A stretch of 64,000 nucleotides of DNA from Setoptus koraiensis (lineage: Eukaryota; Animalia; Arthropoda), in NCBI GenBank assembly GCA_048013815.1, contig CM106585.1:6386001-6450000 (forward strand). The letters are read 5' to 3'. The position numbers and the translations under genes are program-made. How positions within the stretch are numbered: the stretch's first letter is position 1; the number at the start of each line of letters is the position of its first letter. Under the pieces are notes generated by a model that was given only the letters and a program-made list of their open reading frames with translations, ran no database searches and had not been told where the DNA came from. Positions 49,101 through 60,710 of this stretch are shown in pieces.

Positions 49101-52100
49101 AGCGGCTTATTTATTTTTGGCGAGCGCCGCTGCAGCGCCTAGCCGGTGCGCCATTGTTTGCCGTTGGATGGCAGCCGTCGGTATTGCGCGCCAGATGTAG
49201 CAGCGAGATAGCAGCACTTGTGTGCCTGTCTAGACACTTCATATTGTTTTTAGACATGTTTTCAAGGTCGATCCTTTAGCACCCATGAGCAAGATGATGA
49301 TGATGATGAGCACAACAACTCAATGGCAATTGCACAGCCGCAACACACACACACACACATCTAACTAGCTCGCTTGGTGGCAGCAAGCGAGCTAGTCAGA
49401 TGTAGCTAGTGAGTGCGCGCGCGCGCGCCACTTAGGGGCGACCTTGAATATCGACACACTCGCTTGCCAGCCAGTCAGTCAGCCAGCTAGCTTGCCAAAC
49501 GCAGTGTGCGTGCGCGTCGGTGTGTGTGTGTGTGTGTGCGAGTGCGGATTTGCGCTACTTCTACGACAGGTAGCAGGCTGATATGAAATCCTTTTGGCCC
49601 TGAGAGCGAGCGCTCGAGGCTCTGAAATTGGAGCACGGCGGCGCTCGTCGGCGGGCTAGCCGGCGATTGGGGGCCGCCGCCAATGGCGCCTTGGCAGCGC
49701 TGGCGAGCTGACGGGCGCCGTTGTGAGAGCGCGCACTAGCGCCATGGTCAAGGTCGCGCCAGTGGCTCACAGTTGCACAGTTATGTGGAATTGTTGTTGT
49801 TGCCGTTGACGTTTGTGCCGCCGCTGGGGCCGTTGTTGCCGTCGTTGCTGTTGCCGTCGCTGTTGTTGTTGCCGCTGCTGTTGCTACTGGCACAGTGTAG
49901 TGGTGCGCAAAAGTACCTAAGATTACGCTACTTGGTGGCCTTGAAAACAACAACAACAACTGCTGCCGCTGCTGTCTACGTATGCACACACACACACGCA
50001 CACGCACGCACACACAAACGCAATGTGCGGATCAGGCGACGTGTAATAGCGCGAAGGTCTCGCTATTACTCGCAAAAACTGCGCGCTGGCTCGCTCGCTT
50101 GCCACAACTGGCTCGCTTGCCACAACTGGCTCGCTTGCCACAACTGGCTCGCTTGCCACAACTGGCTCGCTTGGCGCAGCTAGCTTGCCGCAACTAGCTC
50201 GCCAGTGGCTGGTGAAATTGTTTGTGTGTGTGTGTGCGCGCGCAAATGTCGCTGCTTTTAGTTTTGCGAGCGCGTGCAATAATCGACAAGACGACTCTTG
50301 CGACACGCAGATAATCGCATATACGCTGCGCTTGCCACACTGTCTGCCTGTCCCGGCGCGCACATATGCGATCGCAACAGCAGCGGCAACAACAACGACA
50401 GCGGCAACAACAACAACAACGACGACGACGACGACGACGACGACAACAAGCTGCAGCAGCGCTCGTGATTTAAATATCGTGTGAGTGCGCGCCTTTCAAG
50501 GTCGAACTCTATATATAACTAGCCAGAGTGTGTAATATCCATTGGCTGGTTGTATTAGTTCGATCGCGAGGGGGGGGCGATGGGGGCACCGACGGTGGGC
50601 AACAATGACAAGCGGCAGCCAGACCAGTCCAGACGGCGCGCGGACGGGCGCGCGGCCGCTCGCTCCGGCCCGTTGTGGCGCGTTCTGGCTCGCCCAGGCT
50701 CACTCTAGCAAGACAGAACAAACAAGAGCGGCGCATAGGTCGGCGCGTCTGGCGCGCCGCGCGCGTCACACTCGTACGCGAATAAGCGTGGTATTATGTA
50801 ACCGCCACTCGTGTCCCCCCGTCCGCGCAATTCGCAGCGCCAATACATGATGACATTACATGATACTATCAATGCGCTGCGGGCCCCAGCGCGCGAGCCC
50901 GGGAGCGCCGCCATTCATTAGCAGCGGCGGCTCGGCCAATAGTGGCTGGCTGGATGTTGGCCAGTCAAGTACTAGACAGACGGGCACCAGAGTGCCCTTT
51001 AGCGCGTCGCTACCCCGTGCATCGGGTGACATTTAGGCGGCTGCTCGGCGGTGCGGTGCACAGTTTGCGCACTTTACTCGACCAGGCCGCCGCTTTGTTG
51101 CAATCCGCTGCCAGGCAGCTCGTCGTCTCGTGCTGCAAAACCAATAAATTGGCTAGAGCGAGAGTATCAGTGGCAGTGGCGCGGCGCGCACCATAGATAG
51201 ATAATGATCATCGTTACCTGGCGCGCGGTGACCTTGACTTTATCAAGACACTTTAAGCTGCCACAGGCAACTTGAGCAGCGCCGCCGACTGCGCCAACGA
51301 GCGCCGGCTCGACAACAGCAACGACAACAACAACAGCAACGACAACAACAACAGCGACAGCAGCAACAACAGCGACAACAGCAGCGACGGCAGCGACAAC
51401 AAAGCCAGCGACAACGATAGCAACAACGACGACAACACGGGCGACAACAGCGACATTAGCAACGACAGCCGCGGCAAGGGCAACGCGCGGCGAGCGGCGC
51501 ACTTGTCGCGAGCACTGTGCTTCGCACACAAATGCGCTCGCGACAAGTGCGCCGCCTGGGCGCGGGCACGCGCCCACGGGCGCCAGTCTGCCCAGGCAGC
51601 GCGCCGTCGAACGCCCGGGGCATTGTTGCCCGGCAGCCGTCGGCTGGCCGCGCGCGCCAAGCGAGTCGCTGCGCAGCTCGCCTGTGCGGGCGAAACGGGG
51701 CACGCTTGCCCGAATGGCCCCCTTCTCCGCGAGCTCGTTTACCCGTGGCCCGCTTGCCCGCGCTCGCTCGCCCGCAGCTGTTCGTGCGGCTCGCGCGCAG
51801 AGCACAGTTGCACGGAAAGCGCTGTAAGTGAGTTAGCGCTGCTGCAGTCTTAGCGCGCCCTCGACGCCAGCGCCACCAGCTCCATTTTCAAGGCCGATTT
51901 GCAACAGGGGGGGGGGGCGCACTCGCTCTCTGCTAATGTCAGGCGGGCTTGCTGGCGCTGTTGCGGGAACGCCAGCGCCGTTGCCGCTGTCGTCATCGCG
52001 CCCCATTTTCAAGGCCAACGCGTGCCGTTTTCGCAGTGCGTGCACTCGCTTGCCGTAGAGGCTTGCGCTCGCTTGCCCGTCTGTCTGGTTGGCTGCTCCA

Positions 52101-54567
52101 TTGTGCCCTGTCGGTCGGATGATTGCACAGCGACAGTGCGGCATTGCGCGCACTCGCTCGGCGCGGCGGGTCCCGCGGGCTCCGCACGCACCGGAGCGCC
52201 ATAATAGGGGCCAAAAGTGGCCAAAATTGCTGCTGCTGCTGCTCCTTCGAGATGCCGAACACCAGCCCGAAGGAGCAGGACTTTTTGCTGGCGCGCTCTC
52301 GTGGCGCTGCTGGGGGCGCCCCAGTGTGCACCACCGACAGATATACTGGGCCTCATTTCTTGTCCATCATTTGAGTGTGTGTGTGTGTGTGTGTGTGCAT
52401 GTGTGGGCGCAATTGGGTTGGCGCCGGTGCACCAGTACCCCTGCACAAACGCTCACCTTTTGATGAGTCCCCGGGGCTTCGCGAAGCATGCTGATCGGGC
52501 CCCAACAGAGTGCATGCACACTGGAGCGGGCCCAATTCGGCCGCCTTGTTATCGATATACATCGATAATGTTGTGTATTGTATCGGAAACCAATTATGGG
52601 CCCCCTTTCGCTTTCATCCCTGGCTGGCGTGTCTTGCCGTCCGGAGACGCTCGCAAAAGGGCAATATAGACTGGTCGCAGTGCGGCACATGACGCAAACA
52701 CGTCGTTGTTGCCTTTCTGTCTCTGTCTCTGTCTATTTATGTCCCTCGGCTTGTGGCAACTATGACTCTGGCAGCGTGACGAGCGCAAAAATTGTTGTCA
52801 GTGCTGATTGTGAGCCAATGACGAGCTCGGCGAGCCCGCTGCCAGCCAGCCAGCCAGCCAACGAGTCGACGAGTGTTTGCGCAGACGGGGCACATCGTTT
52901 GCACTGGTTTTAATCTGCCATTTACGAGCATCGGCAATATCAGCGCGATTTAACGACAACAATATAACAACAACCGGGCCCGCCAACTAGACGCGCCAGC
53001 TCATTAGCATAACTGCCGGCGAGCCGAGTGACGTCTTATTGCTACTTTTGAAGCGTCAATTGCCTCTCAATCCTTTGCAGCCTCTCAATCCTTTGCAGCC
53101 CGTCTGGCCGTAGCGTGCGGCTGTCGTGACACCCGATATGATGGCAAGATCGGTGGCGGCTGCGGTGGTGACATTGAACACTGTCAGTGAGTGTCGTGAT
53201 TTTGCCATTATGATAGCGCCGTGTCTGGCATTATTTTGCTGCCGCTGCTGCTGCTGTATCCATTGCCAATACATCCCATCGCAGCGCGCGTATGACAGGA
53301 ACAAGGAAATGGCCACGCTCTGAGCACTTGTTGTGTTCCAGTGTGACGTGCACTTGTTGGCCGGGCCGCCCGCCTTCAACCACACACTGGCACTGCCAGG
53401 TTGGCAAGACTGCGTGGGCGTGCAGCGCGGTCACGCCTCCGGCGACGGGCAACAACGAGTAGTGGTTCACCTTGGCCTTGACAACTACAAGCTAACTAGT
53501 ACGCCGGTAGTTAGTCATGACTAAACAACGACAACAGCGACGACGACAACAACGACAACAGCAACGACAACGGCAGCAGCGACGACAACAACAACGACAA
53601 CAGCAACAGCGACAGAGACAAATCATATCGGCATGAATGGCGCGAGCACGTTGCGCGTTCTCTCACAGCGCACACTGTCATTGTTGCTGGCTCCCTCGAG
53701 CTCCATTGATGCGCCCAATTAAGCGTTGTTGTTGTTGTGGTTGTCGTCGACGTGGCTGCCGCGATCCTTTCATTACATTGTTGTGCCGCTCGTTTCCGAT
53801 TGTTATTGATGATGCCGATTATCACTTGCACTGAAATATCCATCCGTTGCCAGTGATAACTAATTGCACACACACACACACACTAAAATAATGAGCTGCC
53901 TGTGTGTCGCTTGAGCAAGTGCCAACAAACATGACAATTGCTCGTAGCAGCGTGATAACGTTGCCAGTTTGCCTTTCGTCTCGCTTGCGGCTAACCTTGG
54001 CGTCATCGTTTTGTGCGTGCCAAAACGTTTTTAAAATAAATGTTGCCGCGAAACAACGGGCCGCGTTTTGTCTGTCTCAAAACTGTTCGCCAGACAATAC
54101 GGCAGCAACAACAGCAACGACAACAGCAGCAACAACGGCAACAACGACAACAATGTTGTGGTGTGATCTACAAACTCGCGATACAACTATCCACTCCAAA
54201 CACACTGTTGGAATACGATTCGCATTACACCAAGTGTGTTTGCAGTTTTCAAGACAAGCGCGTTTGGGGCGCTTTGTTGCTGTGCGCTGGCAACTATGAA
54301 CCGCCAACGAGTCAGTCAGCCAGCAGACGAGCCAACGAAACGAATGGAGGCCAACCACTCTTGGCCGGGCGAACGCCTTCAATCGAGACCAACACGCCAG
54401 CGGAGGTGGTTCACCTGTTGACTGGCTTGTGTTCCGTTTCTGGCTGGCTGCTTTGGTGGCGAGCAGCAACAGCGAGCAGTCGATCAAGACGGAACGAGCC
54501 GACAATCCTTTTCGGTCTCGATTGGTCCATTCTTGTCTGGCCTATCGCTCGGTCAATCGGCCGGTCG

Positions 54568-54598
<31 letters not shown>

Positions 54599-57500
54599 CA
54601 ACACAGCGCTCAGGCAATAGTCTGTTGAAAAGAATGACCCAATTAAAGGACACGCACTCTCTCACAGCCAGCCCGCCAGTTAGTGAGACAAAAAACAATC
54701 TTCCTTGATTGAGCGAGCAAAACAGGTAAAGTGGCTCACACACACACACACACACACGACCGAGAGGAAACGAGTGCCATCAGTGATGGCTGAACTGGCT
54801 CAGTGATTGTTCTCTCGCCAATAGCAAGTCGCCATACGCTAGAGATTAGAATGAGAATAATAACACAGATCTACAGACAGTGAGAGGGCAAGATTGATCA
54901 GGAATCGATTCTTGCGCAGCCCGCCTGACAAGAGATACATGAGCGAGAGAGAGAGAGCGACCACAGGTAACCTTAAAGAGCAATGACTCTTGCGTGTTCA
55001 ATGGCCAAAAAGTGGCTCACCACTGTTGTTATGAAAAAGCGAGAGAGAAAGAAAAACTTGATCAACAACGACAACCTGCGCTGCTGCTGTTGGCCTTAGA
55101 TGGGTGATGACCTCCACTCACAACAATGACTTATCTATTTGGGCGACTCCGCTCGCCTTGGCACGCCTACGGACAGCAAGCAAGGTGCCAAGCTCAAGGT
55201 TGGCCGGCTTGCCAACTCGCTCGGTTTGTTGTCGGTATGCATATGAGCCGGCCGTGAATGAAATAGAAAAGTTTGAATGTATGCAAAATAAAATACAGTG
55301 CAAGATACATTTACATACATACCTAGACCGTATGCTGTAAATTGACTTTTGGATGTTGTGCATTATCTGTGCCACTACAACTACTGCTGCCGCCACCACT
55401 ACTACTGGTGATGCCAGTGCTAGCACAAAAGTCGATTTAGTTTGCTCTGACTGTGTGTGTGTGTGTGTGTGTGCTAATTCTACTTGAACTGGAAGTGGTA
55501 GTCAATGTCAACGACCGTGAACCGTTAGCCTTGGCTTCTTTGCTCGCTCATGGAAGCTGAGTGTGTGTGTGTGTGTGTTCGTGAAGTGATAATAAGCCCG
55601 TTCAATGTCGAAACTTCTTGACTGCCAGACAACAGGCTGGCAGTATCAATGTGCCAATTTCAATTTGATAGATCGAGCACAGTTTGTTGCCCGCTCGCAA
55701 GCGGTGGCCCACTGAGGCACCGTCGCTGTTCAATATGGCATAGATCCTGATCTTGCCACTGCAGCAGCGCCGACAACAACAGCAACAACGACAACAGCGA
55801 CAGCGACAACAGCGGCAGCGACAACGGCGACAGCGACAACGGCGACAGCGACAACGGCGACAACAGGTACGCGAGCGTTTCCGCAGAGGTCGCGCACGAG
55901 CGATCCCTGGGCGGCTCGGCGTCGATATCTGGGCGACATTGTTCACTGTTTGCACACTTGTCTCGCCGCTGTCATTGTTGTGTCGCAGTTTGCAAGAGTG
56001 TGTGCGATACTGATAAACTGATAGCGAGCCGAGCTAGACATTTAATTGTGACTGGCAGCCTGATCAAACATCGTGCATCGTCGGGGCTGCGTCGCAAATT
56101 GGCACGTTGCTCGGTTGCGTCGAGCCAAAGTGACAATTTACTTTGCGCTCGCTGGCGCTCCTCCGCCAACAACTGATAATGAATTCACAATATACGGCCG
56201 GGCGACACAACCAGAGTTTGCGGCTCTCGCCAGGCTCTGGTTGTGGCCAGACTCTGGTTGTGGCCAGACTCTGGTTGTAGCCAGACTCTGGTTGTAGCCA
56301 GACTCTGGTTGTGGGCAGGCGGAGAGAGTGAGCCAGCGAGACGGGCTGGCAAGGCCGGCATTAAGCAGCCAGCGCTGACAACATTTGAAGTTTGCTGGCG
56401 CAACAAAACGCTGCTTTGTGCGCTGTGCGAGTTGTGCTGCGCGCAGCGCTCAGTGCGCAGGGCGATTCGCGCTCTCTAGCGCTCGGCACTGCAGAGCGTG
56501 TACTACAGACTCTGTAGTGCAGAGTGTGTAACAACAACAACAACTGCCAGCACAGAGTGTGTAGAGTTGTACAGTTGGCGAGACAGCGCCAGCGAGCGAG
56601 CGAAACGGGTTTGCCCGAGCAGCTTGTGAGCGCAGCGAGTCGGCGGCCGTCGCCAGTGTGGCTGCACACAGCACACAGCTCACAGCGCAGCACACAGCGC
56701 GGCGGACGGCACAGCAGACAGCGCGGCAGACAGCGCGGCGGACGGCACAGCAGACAGCGCGGCAGACAGCGCGGCGCAACGCAACGCGACCCGACACAAC
56801 AGTTCGTCGTTTGTCAGTTCGATTTCAGGAGCGCTCTGGCTCGCACGCATACGACACACAAGCCAAGACAACAAGTGAGCATTGTCGAACTACACGCCAG
56901 CGACGAGACAAAGACGAGCCAACGAATTATTCGACGACGCATTCGACGATACAGTCGACGACGCATTCGACAGCACAGGCAATATAGGCGCGCACACACA
57001 GTTTGTGAGAGAGCCGCAAAAAGCAAAAAGTTCGATTTTGTGGTTGCCAGTTTGTTAGAGTTTGTTAGAGTTTGTTAGAGTTTGATTAGAGTTTGCGCTT
57101 GTGCAACGACACTTTGCAGGCCAGACAAGCGTGATATCGGAGTGATTGCGAGCAGTGCGAGCTTCTAGAAGAAAATGAACAATTATTTGCATTATTTATT
57201 GTGAGAGCAACACACGCGAATTAATTAGACTCGGCGACGACAATATCAATTTGCATGATTAGCGCCACCAGTAAACATTGAGTTATCATTGAGTGTTATC
57301 ATCGGCGCGCGACAACAGTATCCAGTTTCATCGGCGATTGTCAGATCTCAGCTTGTGCAATTGCAGTATTCAGTGCTGCAGCAGCAATATCACCATTCAT
57401 CACATTATATCTTTAGTAACGCTCGTCTCAATTTTATGTTTGCCTCGCCCAACCCGCAACAACTGACGCAACCAACAACCAACGAAATTAAAAATCAAAA

Positions 57501-60500
57501 ATCAACAACCAACAACCAACGATAAACAACCAACGATAAACAACCAACGATAACCAATCAACAGACCGGCCCGGCCTGAGGAACGTGGAGCTGGTGCACA
57601 AGATCAGCGACAAACTGAACGACGTGCTCGAGAGGACCGTGCAACGCACCCACCCGCACCATTCGAATTTGTTCGGCGAGCTGCAGAAGAAAATCACCGA
57701 CCTGCGCACCCTGAACACGCTGCACTCGGACAGGCTGCTGGACACGTTCAACTCGACCGCGGCCCAGCACCCGTCGCTGCACCTGGCGCGCAGCGCACCC
57801 AGCGCCGACGACGACAAACTAGTGCAGCACTACGGCTCGTGGCCCTCGCTCGACCAGTCCCACCAGCAGCAGCAGCAGCATCAGCACCATCAACAGAATC
57901 AGCAACAGCAGCAAAAGACGCGCGGACCAGGCGCACAGCAACTGGCCAACATGATGATTGAGTCGCTGTACGAGCGTCAACCACCAACCACCACAACCAC
58001 CAGCAACACCATGACCACAAACAACAACAACACCAATATCAGCATAAGCATTCAAGTCAACAACAACAACAGCACCAACAACAACCAATCGCGCAACCCG
58101 GACGCCAAAATCGATGCCTACGATCGGCTCATGTCTCCAACCTCGACCACCAACTACAATTATCCTCCAATCGGCGGCCACTATCAGCAGCACAACAAGC
58201 ACAACAACCAGCCCACTCATCACCAGCTCCAGCAGCACAACAACCAGACCATTCAAATGCTTCCGGTCAACCTGACCGCCGTCTCGCCAACGTCTCACCA
58301 CCAGCATCACGGCAACGATATGTGTTGCGCAGACATGCAGTGCAAATCAACACCGCAAAACGTGTCCACAACCACCACCGCCAACAACAACAGCAACAAC
58401 AACAGCAACAGCGGCAACGCAACCGTCAATTCGACAACCAGCAGCACGTCGTCGTCGGCGGCCGCCGCCAGCATCATCGAGCAGTATCTGAGAAATCAAT
58501 CCGCTGTGGCGGAGGCCGCGGCAGCAGCGGCCGCCGGTCTGTCCGTCAGACACCAGCCGTCGGCTCAACAGCAGCAGCAGCAGCAGAAATCAGCCAGCAA
58601 CAGTGGCGAACAGCAGCACTACACGACACTCACCAATCTGCTGCACCACAAGGATCACCAGCATCATCATCATCCCTATCAAAGTCATAATATGAAGAAT
58701 CGCATTGACTCGCCAACAGATTCGGGCATTGAATCGGGCAAAGAAAACGGAGGCATGCGCTCCATAACGCCCAACGGGTCGTCGATTTGCTCAAGTCCGT
58801 CTCGTTCGATGATGGGCGATCATCACTTCAACCATCATCACCATCATCACTTTGGCAACAATCTTCACCTATCCTCGTCATCCTTGGCGAGCTACCAGCA
58901 GCAACAGCAGCACCATTCGAGCGCCATTCAGCGTCATCATCAGCACACAATGATTGAATCATTCAATAATCATCATCATCTCACATCGTCATCGTGCGGC
59001 GAGCAAGCCTCATCAATTAAAGTTGTCACCACCAATTCGTCATCGTCGTCGGCGTCATCGCAACAACAAACCAACGCCAATCACAATTCAGTTCAATTGG
59101 GTCTGGCCAATCAAGCGCACACAAACAACGCCAGCGAGCTAATTACAACTAGCGCCAAGACCAACAACAACTACACAATGACACCCACTACCACCATCGA
59201 CGACATGCCCATGCTCAAGCGAGCCCTGCAGGCGCCCCCTCTAATCAACACCAACATGCTCATGGATGAGGCCTACAGGCACCATAAGAAATTTAGAGCT
59301 GCCCAGAGGAAGGAATCTGTGGATCATCAAATAGGTTCAACAACAGGCAGCACAACTGGCACAAACGGTAATAACAGCGCAACAACAAACAATATTAATT
59401 TATTGGCCTCTAACAACAATCACACATTAATTATGCCAAACGATGACAATATTACAAACACTCAACTCCATATTGAATCACCGCCTATGTCTAAGATATT
59501 ACATAAGCATTTAACCAGTGGTCATAATAATAACAATCAAACAAATTTGGATAAATCATGCAATGGTGACCAGCATCAATTGGCTTCTACTCATTCAACG
59601 TTGCTTAAGACATTGGGTCAGCCATCTAGATATTTGAACGAGCAACAAATTAAACGTACGGATCTCATACATAATCTTATAATGCGCTCAGAACAATTGC
59701 CACCAAACAATGCAACTACTACCACTACCACCACCACTAGTACCACTAGTCCTGTTGGCGGTAATGTAGAACCCATAACAACGGACGACACCAATGGCAA
59801 CAGCAACAAAAATCAATCAATTGTTGTTAATTATGACTCTGATTTACACAGGATTCTCACATCTAGAGCACCAATAAATTCAGCAGTGTCTCAACATCAA
59901 TCAATCTCAATAACTGCTGGCATTGGTGCTAGCCAACATCATCATCATCATCAAGTGACCACCAACGGTAAACTACGTCAACAGCAGCATCATCATCTTC
60001 ATCACAACATAAATAATAATAATAATAATAATGGCCACTATTCGACACTGTCGGCCAACAACCATTCGCAATACACTAATCAGTCACACAATGTTTCGCA
60101 CAGACGCTCGTCATCTTCTAATTCCTCGTTGTCGCCATCGCCAACATCGTCAATCAGTCCCGATTGTGGATTGCCTGTTAGTCATCATCTCTGTGGTCGA
60201 CATTTTAATAATATCAACATCAATAATCATTTCTCCAATAATCATATCAGTCAGCATCATTTGAAACAACCGACATCAGCCATGCTATTGGCCCGATCAC
60301 CTGTGTCTCCATTAGGTTCATGCGGAACTCATAGTAGTAGCGGAATATCATCCTCACTATCATCATCTACATCGTCATCGCCTGAATCACCTCGTCTTAT
60401 TACAACAATGGGCGGAAGTCATCAGCATTTAATTAGTGAAACAACTAACTCATCGTCTAATAATACAGTTGGCCTAAATAGTATGAGTAAATTGAGCTTG

Positions 60501-60710
60501 AACGGAGGAAGCGGACTGCAAAATTTAGATGACACTTTGATGGCAGCCAAGCTTCAACTTATGTCGAGTAGAACCATGATTTCGCCTAATATTACTAATA
60601 ACATGATTAAAGGTACCATTGCCATGATCGATGAACAGGATCATCTTCCATCGATGATGGAGGCCTCTAGCCCAGCCTTGGTCCAACCACTTAATCTATC
60701 AAAGAAGTGA
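46188..60710 (+). CDS. Eip75B: Ecdysone-induced nuclear receptor E75 (NR1D/Rev-erb group), 4 coding exons (46188-46431, 47304-47542, 47724-48975, 57565-60710), ~1626 aa
   Basis: [41 protein letters not shown]; [12 protein letters not shown]; [35 protein letters not shown] and DLRTLNTLH; F-domain [10 protein letters not shown] and [12 protein letters not shown]; terminal QPLNLSKK. All three introns (872, 181, 8589 nt) are GT-AG and frame-consistent. Confidence 0.96.
46541..46607. repeat. ~6.7 x 10-bp tandem repeat ATTTTGCAGG in E75 intron 1
   Basis: Direct reading. Confidence 0.95.
49262..53481. promoter_or_regulatory. Homotypic cluster of nine FTZ-F1/NR5A sites (TCAAGGYCR) in E75 intron 3; putative enhancer
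   Basis: Exact matches at 49262(+), 49439(-), 49748(+), 49936(-), 50496(+), 51229(-), 51888(+), 52009(+) and 53473(-). Confidence 0.7.
50086..50173. repeat. ~4.5 x 18-bp tandem repeat CTGGCTCGCTTGCCACAA
   Basis: Direct reading. Confidence 0.9.
54635..54645 (-). promoter_or_regulatory. Perfect RORE/RevRE TAATTGGGTCA (HR3/E75 monomer site)
   Basis: Exact WAWNTRGGTCA match in E75 intron 3. Confidence 0.45.
56230..56314. repeat. 5 x 17-bp tandem repeat CCAGACTCTGGTTGTRG
   Basis: Direct reading. Confidence 0.95.
57512..57553. repeat. 3 x 14-bp repeat ACAACCAACGATAA just upstream of the E75 exon 4 acceptor
   Basis: Direct reading. Confidence 0.9.

Noticed and set aside
31193-55010. Perfect IR1 ecdysone response elements
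   Set aside because: Only two-mismatch versions were seen (e.g. 31193, 38016, 44539, 54995), so none is called as a feature. A PWM scan is needed.
16626-56314. Short direct-repeat arrays as possible CRISPR arrays
   Set aside because: Units are head-to-tail with no unique spacers, no cas genes were seen, and the context is eukaryotic.
13000-57500. Dozens of 60-377 aa ORFs in the track (e.g. 19338-20144, 30251-30700, 44360-45493, 51167-51805, 54040-54708)
   Set aside because: They are built from (CA)n, (GA)n and (CAA)n tracts and GC-rich DNA that lack stop codons, overlap in several frames and show no recognisable domains.
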